Part shown: positions 47,592-60,908 of the stretch, piece by piece
Layout: every line of letters begins with the position of its first letter
Position numbering within the stretch: position 1 is the stretch's first letter
DNA from: Dendrobates tinctorius
Lineage: Eukaryota
Length of the DNA stretch: 64,000 nucleotides
NCBI RefSeq assembly: GCF_039654945.1
Contig: NW_027361676.1
Span: 32,426,001-32,490,000, forward strand
Direction: 5' to 3'
Position numbers and translations under genes: made by a program
Notes under the pieces: model-generated
Seen by the model: only the letters and a program-made list of their open reading frames with translations
Told to the model about the DNA's origin: nothing
Database searches by the model: none

Positions 47592-49761
47592 GTTACTGCT
47601 GCGGTAATAACTCAAAGTGTAAACAGCACTGATTTAAAAAAAAACCCTGCACAGCTTTGGATCACCAGTATACCGAGGAGGTTTACCGAGGAGGGGAGGA
47701 GGGTGAGGAATAGAGTCAGGGGCGCGAATCAACGCCTGCGAGGATGCGGCTGTCTGTAAAGAGAGTAAACGATCATCCACAGAAGCCATATGCGTCAAAA
47801 TGTGAGCTTGTGTATCATGCTGCTGGACAAGCTACTGCTGGAAGCTGGCTAGCTGGGAGGCATTTCCAGGATCTGCGGCCTGTAAGGCTGATAAACGAGA
47901 ATCCATGGTTTTCATGAAGAGCATGATGTGAGTCTGATTCTCTCGCAAGTATTCTAATTCCTTCTGAGCGGAAGCGGAGGCACCGGTGGGATCCATGACC
48001 TGATTATACTGTGACACTTTGTAGGAGCTAGCTTCCAGGAGTAGACCCTCTGGGTCACGGTGCCGAACCTCTCCCGGGTGAGCATGCCAGGTGGAACCGA
48101 CCCCTATACAGAGACTGTTAGGAGCAGGCCCGGTAGAGTCAGGCACTGCGACAGCCGGGGCCAAGAGGGGTGGCTCATAGAGAAGCAGAGAGGCGAAGGT
48201 AAATAGGGAAGGCTGGAGATTAGGGACCAGGACGAATTGCAGGTGCAGGGTACTGGAGAGTGGGACCAGAGGCACTAGGAAGGAGACCAGGAGAAGCAGG
48301 AGCAGGGATCGCTGGACAGGACCAGAAGGCGAAGGAGCACCAAGACAGCTGAGGACCGGGATGCACAGGCAGCGTCAAAGGGAAGCTGGGGAACAAATAA
48401 CAACGCAAAGGGTTAATTAGTACAGCGGGCAAGAACCCGCAGAAAGGCCAAGATTAAGTATACAGGAGCACACACAATAATCAGGCACCTCCATTAAGGG
48501 AGGGTGTCCTGATATAGTCAGTAAAGGCACCTGATTGGACTGCAGTTGGTCCAGATCAGGTGCAGTACATTAAAGGGCCGGCAGAGCACGCGGCCGTGGC
48601 CTAAGGCGCATACGCAGGTCCGCCATCGGACGTGAAGCCGACAGAGAGGAGAGGAAACGCTGGGAGCCTCGAGCAGCTGGAAGCTGTGCTGGCACAACAG
48701 CGCAGTAAGCATTGGGAGGCTGGGCAGACATGCTGCGAGCGAAGTCATGACAGGCGCGGCAGCTGCCGCAGTCATGATGCCTGCCTTTGCAATCTTATTG
48801 TTGCAAAACATTCTGATGACATTGGTTACAGACAAATTTCTAAACTACTGAAGATTCCATTGTGCACTGTTGGGGCCATAATCCAGAAGTTGAAAGAACA
48901 TAATTTCATCATAAAAAGGCCTGCTCGCAGCGCCACTTGAAGTGATGGCCGGGGGACCACCACAATGCAGGGAGACTACGGTACACAAGATGAGGTGCAA
49001 ACAAGAAAGGGTTAATTTATTTACAGGCAAGGAAGGCAGTGTTAAGAAAGTGTAAACTGGGGTATGCAATGACATAAAAACAATTTACAAATTTGATATT
49101 CCCTAGCTGGGCCGTACAAATGGCACGGTGCACCAACTATTACAGATCAGTGTATTCTTTCAAAAGGCAAAACAATACAATAGAGTACAGTATGGTTAAC
49201 ACTCACAGTAAAGTTGGTGTCTCAGTTCCTTCCTGGGGGCACCTGCAGTTCTCTGCAAGATGATGTCCTCCCTGGAAGCTCTGTGCAACGTGGTCTTGTC
49301 CTTGTGTGACGATTCTGAACCTGTTCCTAGAAACGGTGAACTCCCTCTTCTGAATTCCTTCCTTGTAGATCTTCATGGCTCCTCGCAGTAACACAGGAAA
49401 ACCACCTTCATTATCCCCAGAAGGGTACACACAATCCCACAGGTTCAGTCAGTTCTAAGCTGCACGTTTTTCTCCTCATGTCAGTCTCCTGCAGACTCTC
49501 AGCTCCAAACACTCACTGGGAAAACAGCCCCTCCACTCTCCATAGCTGGAAGAGCAAACCAAAGCAGTCTTTTGAAGGGTAGAATCGAATATACCATCGC
49601 ATCAGCCAAGGGGGTCCTGTCTCTTAAAGGGGCAGCGTGTCTCTGCTGTCCATAGCAATGTCAGCCCCTTACATGCCTCCCTACTTAAAGATGGTTGTCC
49701 TCGGCCATCACAGCATCAAGGTTGCAGTGAAATGAAGAAACTTGCAAAGCAGGAACAGCAC

Positions 49762-52700
49762 CTATAGAGGAGGCAACAAAATCGATAACACAGACAGAGA
49801 ACACTGTTGTACATATCGGACTGGTGGAACCCCTGCAGTAGACCTCTGGGATCTCCGGAGCTCTTGGCTAACTTCCAGAAGAACACTTGCTGCAGGAGTT
49901 GTAGTAGATTCTTTTCTGGATTCGTTGTCACATGGCAGTAGTGGTACATCCAGAAGATTACCTTCTCTGTGCGCCTGAGGACCCCCCACGGTGTCAGGGC
50001 CGGTCCACCATTCATCACTGATTTCAATAGCAGGCAAGACAGGTTCAGAAAGTGGGGCAGCGCCTTCAGGCAGCAATGGTACAGAATGGGCCTCAGACCA
50101 GCCTGGCCACAGCATATTTCTGTGGACCACTCTAGGGGCAGACGCCCCATTCTCAACCTGCACCTTGTAGACCGGACCGTCAGCATACACTTGCTCTATG
50201 ACTTTGTAAGGCTGTACTTCCCATCTCTCGCTTAGTTTACCCTTGGGGCATTTCTCCCTTACTAATACTCGGTCCCCGGGCCGGAGCGGTACCTCTTGAA
50301 TCGGTTTACGGCCCGTATGTTCTTTGTCCTGTAGCTGCTGACTCACCAACCGCCAAATTGTTTGCAGTCATTTCCAATGTTCTTTCACCCATGAAGTGAC
50401 ACTTTGCTCAATCAGCTCCTCTGGCTGTTTCAACTTCAATTCAATGATCTTTCGTCCAGCTCTTCCAATCAGCAGCAGATAGGGGGTGTAACCTGTGGTG
50501 GAATGGACCCGATTATTGTAGGTCCAGACCAACTCTGGCAGGAAATCTGGCCAGCATGCCTTCTTGTCCTCTTCCAACATCCTCAGCATTTGAAGTAAGG
50601 ATCGGTTGAAGCGTTCACATGCTCCGTTGCCCTGAGCATGGTAAGGGGTGGTCCGGGACCGCTCGATGCCATACAAACGATACAGTTCTTCCATCACCTT
50701 GTCTTGGAAACATGCACCTTGGTCAGAGTCGATGTGCTTTTGGCACCCATACACTCTGATGAAGTCTTGACAGATGGCTGGTGCCGCCGACTAGGCATCT
50801 GATCTCTACTTGGGGTGAGCACCGCGAACTTGGAGAAAAGATCGGTCATCACCAAACAGTACTGTGGACCCCGGGCTGGGTGTCCCACAAGGAGATAATC
50901 AATCATCAAAACTTCTAGCGGTTCCTTAGTATGTATGGTCTGGATGGGCGCCCTTTGTTCAGTACTCTTAATGAAGTCGCATACCCGATATTGCCGGAAA
51001 ACCTCTTCTACCACGGACTCCAACCGGGGGCAGTACACGTGTCTCTGTAACCACTGGTAGGTCTTTGTGGACCCGAAGTGGGCTCCGAATTCGTGGGCAT
51101 CTTTAGCCACTTCTTGGGCCATTCCTCCTGGGATGACCACCTGCCACCTTACTTCAGTATCTTTCGGCTGTTGCCTCTTGCGATATAGCACCGATTCTGG
51201 CACCTCCAGCCTATCCCACTGGTGTAAGACACTTTTCATCTCAGCGTCCAGACTATCTCTCTCTTGTTTGCCTGGCTTCCACTTCTGCGCTACCCAGCAT
51301 TTCATCTGTCTCAGCCCTCCGTCTTCATCTTGAACATTTCCCCACTCTTCATTGGTTCTCCCCAGAGATCGGGGTAGTGCGCAGGCCTCCCTTCTTGACT
51401 GGACCGCAACCACTGGGGTCTTGAACTTACGGAAGTCTGGGGTTTCTTCCTCTTCAAGTTGTTCATCGAGATCCCCCACTGGAGTTTCCACCGTCACTCG
51501 TGACAGGCCATCGGCATTTGCATTTTCAGTAGCAGAGCGATAACTGATGGTAAAGTCAAACTTGGCTAGACGAGCCACCCACCGTTGTTCTAAGGCCCCC
51601 AATTTAGCATTCTCAAGGTTGGCCAGGGGATTATTTTCCGTTCGAACTTGAATCTTGGTCCCTGCCAGGAAGCCCGCAAACTTCTCTGTCACGGCCCACA
51701 CGAGGGCCAGAAGCTCTAACCGGAAAGAGCTGTAATTATGGGGGTTTCTTTCACTGTCTCGCAGGGACCTACTGGCATACCCGACGACTCTCTCATGTCC
51801 ATCCTGTATTTGGGAAAGTACTACACCGAGTCCATGAAAACTACCATCTGTGTACAACAGGAACAGTTGATCAAAATCTACGTAGGCCAAAATCGGGGCT
51901 GAAGAGCATTCTTTATAGCATGGAAGGCCTCCTCTCGCCTCTGGTCCCAGGGGATGCACTGGGTCCTCGGCACTCCGGCAGTCCCCCTCAGCAGTTCATT
52001 CAGAGGTCCCGCCACCTTTGCGAAATCTTTGACAAACCGTCGGAATTCCCCTGTGAGTCCAAGGAAGGCCTGGAGTTCCGGCACGGTTCGAGGAACTGGC
52101 CACTTCTGGATAGCAGCCACTTTTTCTGGTGAAGGCAGAACTCTGTCTTGTGACACTATGTGGCCCAGGTACTCGATCTCTCTCTTGAAGAAGTGGCACT
52201 TCTTTGGCTTCACCTTCAGGTTATGAGCCCGCAGTCTTCCGAGTAACTGTCCAAGCCGGGCAAGATGGTCTTCGAACGAGGCAGAGAACACAATGATGTC
52301 ATCCAGGTAGATCAGGGTAGCCTCAAAGTTTATGTCTCCCAAACACTTTTCCATCAGCTGTAGAAATGTGCCCGGAGCATTGGAGAGCCCGAAGGGCACC
52401 GGGTTAAACTCGAATAATCCCATAGGGAGGATGAAGGCAGTTTTTTCCTTGTCTTTCTTTTGCCAGTATCCGATTGCTAGATCCAAGGTGGAGAAGAACT
52501 TGGCTTTCCCCAACGCTGTCAAGGATTCCTCGATGCAGGTTAACAGATATGAGTCTCGCACAGTGCAGGCATTGAGTTTCCTGTAATCTACACAGAACTG
52601 GATGGTCCCATCCTTCTTCTTGACGAGCACCACCGGTGCCGCCCAAGGGCTCTGACTACTCTGCATGACTCCTGAATCCAGCATCTGCCTCAATAATGTC

Positions 52701-54783
52701 TTCACCTCTTGGTACATCTTGGGTGGGATATGCCGGTATCGTTCTCGAATTGGACGAGCGTCCCCGGTCGGTATCTCGTGTGTGATCGCTTGGGTACAGC
52801 CAAAATCTTTGGCGTGATGGGCGAATGCAGCCTGATTTTCCCACAGCACAGCTTCTATCGCCTGCACACGCTCAGGGCCAAGAGCCTTCACATGCACTTC
52901 CATTTGGTCAAGGATGATCCGCCCATTCCATTCTGGGGGTGGCATCTCTTCGGGCTCCGCAGCGACTGCCAGGGTCCACCCCATGCCTTCGATCGTCAAT
53001 AAAGACATCTCCTTCTGACTCACCACTTCGCCCCTGGTGTAGGTACACCCGGGCCAGATCTGTACCCCACGGAAAGGTGACTTCCCCGGGGCCCACGTTC
53101 AAAGCTCTTATGGGGATGTGTCCTCGCTGGACCACAGCTATCGCACAAGCTATCATGACTTCTTGGTCCGCTCCTCTGCCTACCAAAGGCTGAACTATCA
53201 CATCCAGCCCGTCAAGGTTGCGATGAGTCCCCCCTGGAAGGTGTAATATACTTTCTCGCTCAGGATTACAGACTCTTTCCCAGGGGCCCTGATGACCTCT
53301 ACTGCCTGATAAGATGCACCCTCTTCTGCGTCCCACAGACACGGAAGGGCTTCTTGAGTAGACTTGTGTGTGGCAGCCTTCTTCCAATAACTGGGTCCCC
53401 GTTTGGTGAACATTATCTGATCGAGTTCTCGTAGGATATTCATTCCCAGTACTACAGGCACATCTTCTTTGATGGGCTCAGGGACTAGCAGGATCCCTTT
53501 CTTTCCTGCTTCTTGCCCACAGATTCGAATATTCATCCACACGACCCCTGTGACCGGGATCGGCTGTTGATTGGCAGCAAACAACCAGATCAATGTCTCC
53601 TTCTCTGGCTTGGCCAGGGCTTGAAAATGCTCTTTGAAATATGTTTCTGACATCGTTGTCACCTGTGAACCGGTATCTATCAAGCAATGCACTGGAACGC
53701 CCTGAAATTCAGCACGCAGGATGGGACTCCCAGCAATCAGGTGTTCATTATGATAAGGAGCGGCCTCTCTTCTTGCTTCCCCCACAGAGTGCCATGTTAC
53801 TGCAGAGGTTGGTAGTTTAACGGCGGCTGTTGCTGGCTTTGAGCATAATTCCGGCAGTCCCTGGCAAGGTGCCTTGTCCTCCACATTCCCAGCATTGGAT
53901 ACCTCCTCTTCACCGAGGGGCACCCCGAGCCTGTCTTCGTGCCTCTGATGCCTGGAGGGGGGAGCTTGCACCCACTGACCCCTTAAAGGTCGGGCCGAAG
54001 GATGGTTATATGAGTGCATGAGACAGACTGTTGTTCTCCCATTCTTTGCTCAATCCGGGTTAATTTGTCTTGCATACTGACAAGAGACTGCTGCAAGTCA
54101 TGCACTACCTGGACCAGCGCCTCCTGATGATTTGGGTCTCCTCTGGTATTGGCACCCAGGACACGCATCACACAAGTCGTGCAACTGTTTTCCTTGCCTC
54201 GGGCCACTGCTTCTGCCAGGATTTGACGGAATGAAAGAGTCAGATCTGCACGGACCCGTTCTGACAGTGCTCTCCTCAAGGATGTATTGTGCAGTCCCAA
54301 AATGAATTGTTCCCAGAGTATCCGGTCTTTGGAGCCCATGCCACCGAGCCCATCCATCTCTTTCCTTTGCACTTCTGCCAACACTTCTTGCAGTGCTGTC
54401 GCATACTGAGAGATCCCTTCTTCTTCCTGCTGCAGTCTAGAGAAAAATTTGGCGCGGAGGTGTCTCTTCCAGGAATTTCACTAGCTCCTTCAGGGTACTA
54501 TGGGTGAGTTCTGGCTGTAGACAGACGTTTTTACATGCCTCTCCCTCCAAGGCAGTGGCAGTCAATGCAATGTCCACTTCAAGGTCTGTGCTGATGTTAT
54601 AAATATTCAGGGTGCTTTGCAGCCGGGACACCCAATCAGACAGGGGCATATTATTGCCATCAAATTTTGGAAGCACACTAAATATGGTGCCCATAGGAAG
54701 TATCCTTGCAGGGGTTCCACCAATGCCCACAGCATCCCCACTAACACTAGCATTCTCGTCGTTGCTGCCTTCTGCCTGCATCT
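49762..54783 (-). pseudogene. Disrupted gag-pol of element E
   Basis: Gag LPKFDG..., CCHC remnant near 53870, protease LIDTGSQVT, RT YLDD, RNase H YTDGS, integrase SDQG/GACERFN. Multiple frameshifts. Confidence 0.9.
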
Positions 54784-54795
54784 TGGTGATAGTCA

Positions 54796-54812
54796 CCCTG
54801 CTCGCAGCGCCA
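54796..54812 (-). other. tRNA primer-binding site, probably tRNA-Ser
   Basis: tggcgctgcgagcaggg lies 2 nt after the LTR CA. Its complement ccctgctcgcagcg-CCA resembles vertebrate tRNA-Ser(UGA/CGA) 3' ends as recalled. Confidence 0.75.
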
Positions 54813-56955
54813 CTTGAAGTGATGGCCGGGGGCCACCACAATGCAGGGAGACTACGGTACACAAGATGAGGTGCAAACAACAAAGGTTTAATTTATTTAC
54901 AGGCAAGGAATGCAGTGTTAGCAAAGTGTAAACAGGGGTATGCAATGACATAAAAACAATTTACAAAAGATATTCTCTAGCTGGGCCGTACAAATGGCAC
55001 GGTGCACCAACTATTACAGATCAGTGTATTCTTTCAAAAGGCAAAACAATACAATAAAGTACAGTATGCTGCTACTCTAATTGTAGCCTGACTGGCCACT
55101 GCTACTTCGGCCGCACGGCTACCGTGCTCTGTCTATTACAGCCTATCCTAAGCCCTAAACATGTGCACACACGGGGTTAGCACTCACGGTAAAGATGGTG
55201 TCTCAGTTCCTTCCTGGGGGCCCCTTGCAGTTCTCTGCAAGATGATGTGATGTCCTCCCTGGAAGCTCTGTGCAGCGTGGTCTTGTCCTTGTGTGACAAT
55301 TCCAAACCTGTTCCTAGAAACGGTGAACTCCCTCTTCTGAATTCCTTCCTTGTAGATCTTTGTGGCTCCTCGCAGTAACACAGGAAAACCACCTTTGTTA
55401 TCCCCAGAAGGATATACACAATCCCACAGTTCTAAGCTGCACGTTTTTCTTCTCACGTCAGTCTCCTGCAGATGCTCTGCTCCAAACACACACTGGGAAA
55501 ACAGCCCCTCCCCTCTCCATAGCTGGAATAGCAAACCAAAGCAGTCTTTTGAAGGGTAGAATTGAATGTACCATTGCATCAGCCAAGGGGGTGCTGTCTC
55601 TTAAAGGGGCAGTGTGTCTCTGCTGTCCATAGCAATGTCAATCCCTTACACTCCCCACATGATTTCTGACAGTGAAGTGGAAATAATTGTCCAAGAGCCA
55701 AGGACCAACTATGGAGAGCTACAGAAATACCTGGAATTTGCTGCTACAATTGTTTTAAAGAAAAGATAAGAAATGCATTCAACCTCCATGCTATGTATGC
55801 ACGCTCACAACATGACTACGTTGCTGAACGAAAAGCATGTTCAAGAATTTTAAAAGTTTGCTCAACAACATTTTGACAAGCCTGTGAAATACTGGCAGAG
55901 AATGGTCTGGTTATATGAGACCAAAATTGAACTCTTTGGATTCCATAATACACTCCATGTTTGGAGGACAAAACACTATACAAACAGTGAAGTTTGGAGG
56001 TGGTAACATCATGGTGTGAGGATGTTTTTCCACATACGACACTGACAAACTTCATATAATTGAAAGAAGGTTGAAAGGACGAATTTATCTAGATTTCTTG
56101 ATAAAAATCTCCTGCTATGTACCAGGATAATGACGATAGAAGAGGGTTGACATTTCAGCCAAACAATGATCCCAAATACACTGCCAAGGAAACTATCGAT
56201 TTGTTTCAGAAAAAGAAAAAAGCTGCTGGAATGGCCCAGCTAATCACATGACCAGAATCCAATAGAAGATTTATGGAAGAAACTAAAGTTCAGTGTTCAC
56301 AGAAAGAGCCCATGGAATCTTCAGGATTTGAATATTGCTTGTGTGGAAGAAGGGGCCAAAATTACACCTGAGGAATGCATGCAATTAGTTTCTCCATTCT
56401 TGTAGTTGTCATCACCAACAATGGCTTTTGTGCGAAGTTTTAATTAAATTTCAGTAAGTGTGTTCTATACTCTTTACATCCAACATATCTTATTATTACA
56501 CCTATCTTAATTTATGGACAATTATGGTTTGATTTCTCTGCCCATGTGGATTGGATGATTTGATACTTATAATAATAATAATAATAATTTTTATTTATAT
56601 AGCGCCAACATATTCCGCAGCACTTTACAATTAAGCGGGGACATGTACAGACAATAAATTCAATACAAGTTAAGACAATTCAAACAGTGACATTAGGAGT
56701 GAGGTCCCTGCTCGCAAGCTTACAATCTAGAAGGAAATGGGGGGACACAGTAGGTGAGAAATGCTTGTTAATTCAGGTCTGGCAATTATAATAGGGATTT
56801 TCATATAAAGCTGCATGATCCGGTCATCAGCCCGTGTGTTTAAGTGCAATAGACAAGTATCAAGTGCAGTTATCATGTGCATGAAGGGTGTGGAGACAGA
56901 TGAATAGTAGGGTGCAGATTCAGAATAATATTTGGAAGGAGGGAACAGGGCAAAG

Positions 56956-59900
56956 TTAGCTTGCTGAGTAGTTGATGTGGTAGGCTTGTTTGAAGAGATG
57001 GGTTTTCAAAGCGCGCTTGAATAGGTCAGGGCTAGGTATCAGTCTGATCATCTGGGGAAGTGCATTCCAGAGAGCTGGAGCAGCACGAGAGAAGTCTTGG
57101 AGACGGAGGTGCGAGGTTCGGATTACGGGGGATGTTAGTCTTAGGTCATTTGTAGAACGGAGGGCACGTGTAGGGCGATAGACAGAGATGAGAGAGGAGA
57201 TATAAGGCGGAGCAGAACAGTGGAGAGCTTTGTGGGTGAGAGAGATGAGTTTATACTGGACCCTGTAGCGAATAGGTAGCCAGTGTAATGACTGGCACAA
57301 GATGGAGGCATCGGTGAAGCGGCTGGACAGAAATATGACCCTGGCTGCCGCATTCAAGATGGATTGGAGAGGAGAAAGTTTGGTAAGAGGGAGACCGATC
57401 AGAAGAGAGTTGCAGTAGTCCAGACGAGAATGAATAAGAGCGACAGTAAGAGTCTTAGCAGTTTCAAAGGTGAGAAAAGGTCGGATTCTGGAGATGTTTT
57501 TAAGATGCAGGTGACAAGAGCGACTGAGTGATCGGATGTACGGAGTAAAGGAATGTTCAGTGTCGAATATGACCCCAAGACAGCGGGCATGCTGCTTGGG
57601 AGTTATGGTTGAACCCTCCAGGGTTATTTCGATGTTAGGTAGAGTGAGGTTAGTAGAGGGGAGAAACACAAGAAGTTCAGTTTTAGAGAGATTTAGTTTC
57701 AGGTAGAGGGAGGACATGATGCTAGAGACAGCAGACAGACAATCCTTGGTATTTTGAATTAGGGTAGGGGTGATGTCAGGGGAAGAAGTGTATAATTGGG
57801 TGTCATCAGCATAGAGATGATACTGGAACCCAAATCTGCTGATTGTTTGTCCAATAGGGGCAGTGTATAAAGAGAAGAGGAGGGGGCCTAGGACTGAGCC
57901 CTGCGGGACCCCGATAGTAAGGGGACGAGAAGAGGAAGAGGAGCCAGAAAAAGATACAGTGAAGGAGCGGTCAGAGAGGTAGGAGGAGAACCAGGAGAGG
58001 GCTGTGTCCTTGAGGCCTATAGAGCGGAGCATAGTGAGGAGGAGCTGGTGATCCACAGTGTCAAATGCGGCAGAGAGATCCAGGAGAATCAGCAGGGAGC
58101 AATGACCTTTCGATTTAGCTGTTATTAAATCATTAGAGACTTTAGTGAGGGCAGTTTCAGTAGAGTGTAAAGAGCGGAAACCAGATTGTAAGGGGTCGAG
58201 AAGAGAGTTATCCGAGAGATAGTGGATTAGACGGGAGTGGACCAGGCGTTCCAGGAGTTTAGAGATGAAGGGAAGGTTAGAGACAGGTCTGTAGTTAGCA
58301 GTGCAGTTCTGGTCCAGGGATGGCTTTTTAAGTAAAGGGGTTATGATGGCATGTTTAAATGAGGAGGGAAATATACCTGAAGAAAGAGAGAGGTTAAATA
58401 TTTTAGTCAGGTGAGTGGTGACCACTGGTGAGAGAGACTGCAGGAGCTGTGAAGGAATAAGGTCACTGTTGCAGGTTGTAGGCCGAGCAGAAGCGAGGAG
58501 CTTAGAAACTTCTTCTTCTGAAACAGGCTCAAAGATGTCTAGTGAGCTTGAGGTGCGGCAGGGAAGGGGATCCAGGCACTGAGGAGATAGGGCTGAGATA
58601 TCCTGATGGATGTGGTTGATTTTTTCTAGGAAATAAGTGGCCAGATCCTCACCGCTGAGGTTGGTGATGGGGGCCTGTACTTTAGGTTTCAGGAGGGAGT
58701 TTAAGGTTTCAAAAAGTCGTCTTGGGTTGTTGGATAGTGAGGTGATGAGGGTGGTGAAGTAGGATTGTTTGGCCAGATGAACGGCAGAGTTATAGGTTTT
58801 GAGCATGAACTTATAGTGGATGAAGTCTTCTGCTAAGAGAGATTTTCTCCACTGCCGCTCTGCACACCTCGAGCAGCGCAGATGAGAGCGTGTTTGCGTT
58901 GTGTGCCAGGGCTGCCGTTGTCTGTGTCGGGTCTTTCTGCGTATAGAAGGTGCTGCTTCATCTAGGGCATTCTTCAGTGTATTATTGAAGTGTGACAATG
59001 CTATGTCTGGACAGGAGAGGGTGGAGATGGGGGCTAAAGATGTGTGGAGATTGTCCCTAAGCTGTTGGGTATTAATGGTACGTGTATTCTGATAAGTGTG
59101 GTAAGTGGGGGTGTCCCGGGTGAGGAGACAATTCTTGACAGAGAAGGAAAGAAGGTTGTGGTCCGAGAGCGGGAGAGGTGAATTAGTAAAGTCGTGCAGC
59201 GAGCCGGGACGGGAGAAAATCAGGTCCAGAGTATTCCCGTCCTCATGTGTAGGAGAATTAGTAAACTGTGAGAGGCCGAATGAAGAAGTTAGAGAAAGAA
59301 GATGAGAGGCAGACTGGGAGAGCGGATCATTGATGGGGATGTTAAAGTCTCCCATGATGAGGGTGGGGATGTCACAGGACAGAAAGTGAGTAAGCCAGGT
59401 GGTGAAGTGGTCTAGAAACTGGCGGGAGGAGCCTGGAGGGCGATAAACGACCGCCACTCATAAGGAGAAGGGCTTAAAGAGTCTGACGGCGTGGACTTCA
59501 AAGGAAGGAAATGTAAGTGAGGGAAGCGGGGGGATGACCTGGAAAGCACATTGTGATGAAAGGAGCAAACCAACACCTCCACCCTGTCTGTTCTCAGGTC
59601 TGGGGGTATGTGAAAATTTCAGCCCACCAAACGAGAGAGCGGCAGCAGCGGTGGTGTCTGAATGCTGGATCCAGGTTTCTGTAATAGCCAGAAGGTTAAG
59701 GGAATTAGAGAGAAAAAGATCGTGAATGTAAGTCAGTTTGTTACACACAGACCGTGCATTCCAGAGAGCACATTGGAAAGTGATAGGAGAAGGCCTGCAC
59801 TGAATGTTAATAAGATTAGCAGGATTTCTATATGTAGCTGGAGGAGAGTAATGTATGCTGGTGGAGGGAGGCCCAGGGTTGGGGGAGATGTCACCTGCAA

Positions 59901-60072
59901 CTATTAAAAGGAGAAAAAACAGAAAAAGCAGGTGGTGGGATGATTTGTATGAACGTTTTGAGTGCTGCATGGAGGTTTTGGATGGTTTGGTGTGGGTAAG
60001 AAATGTCAATAGAGCCTCAGAGTTAAACATGGGAGAGGGGAAAAGGGAGGGGTGGATATGCAGAGAGTGCAC
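56956..60072 (-). pseudogene. LINE APE endonuclease-reverse transcriptase ORF with one in-frame stop
   Basis: WNARS, AITETW, MGDFN, TLDL, LSDHN (APE); [29 protein letters not shown] (RT). ORFs 59458-60072 and 56956-59457 abut in frame across a single TGA. Confidence 0.92.
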
Positions 60073-60522
60073 AGAATGTGTAAAAGGGCAGGCGAGTTGT
60101 TAAAAAGCAGAAGTGAAGACAAATAAGCAGCAGGTTAATATGATCAATGCATATGTAGTACGACTGACCAAGAAGCATGCGTGCATGAAAAACTTATGCA
60201 CCTTACCTGTCTCCTGCCCTGTCCAACTGCATTGTCTAACTGCCAAACACTTGATCCTGTTGCACTTAATATCTGTTGCACGCGTGCTATCCCAGCCAGA
60301 GCTAAATATATATGAAATGAAATGTCTGCTAGCTTCAGCCACCAAAAGGCCACAATCAGTAATTAACCAATTAGCACAAGGCCAGAGCAGGTATTACTAT
60401 GCAGGGTAAATAACTAAGGCTGGACAAGGCCATCAAACAGAGAAAGGGAAAAAAAAAAAACACCTTTCTACACTTCAAAGCAGAAACCAAATAGATAAAA
60501 AATAAAGACCCACCACAGGAGT

Positions 60523-60908
60523 GATGGAATGAAATACCATAAAAATATCTGGCAATATATGATGCAGTTCACACTTGTCAGACAGCATACATGGATGATG
60601 GAATGAAATACCATAAAAATATCTGGCAATATATGATGCAGTTCACACTTGTCAGACAGCATACATGGATGATGGAATGAAATACCATAAAAATATCTGG
60701 CAATATATGATGCAGTTCACACTTGTCAGACAGCATACATGGATGATGGAATGAAATACCATAAAAATATCTGGCAATATATGATGCAGTTCACACTTGT
60801 CAGACAGCATACATGGATGATGGAATGAAATACCATAAAAATATCTGGCAATATATGATGCAGTTCACACTTGTCAGACAGCATACATGGATGATGGAAT
60901 GAAATACC
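60523..60908. repeat. Perfect 74-bp tandem repeat (5.2 copies) in the LINE 5' region
   Basis: Identical units start at 60523, 60597, 60671, 60745, 60819 and 60893. Confidence 0.95.

Larger units (their letters stand above)
36824..48779 (-). mobile_element. Decayed Ty3/gypsy chromovirus D, hosting C1, C2 and a MITE
   Basis: LTRs 36824-37457 and 48010-48779 (diverged). PPT at 37458. Chromodomain, integrase and RNase H remnants 37460-39240, protease/gag 44102-45247, gag start MDPTG at 47996. No TSD. Confidence 0.88.
48938..55650 (-). mobile_element. Ty3/gypsy LTR retrotransposon E (no chromodomain seen, tRNA-primed), decayed
   Basis: LTRs 54815-55650 (5') and 48938-49673 (3', with a ~100-bp deletion). 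PPT adjoining 49673. PBS at 54796-54812. Confidence 0.93.

Noticed and set aside
60523-60908. CRISPR-like array
   Set aside because: Units are contiguous and identical with no unique spacers, the context is eukaryotic and there are no cas genes.
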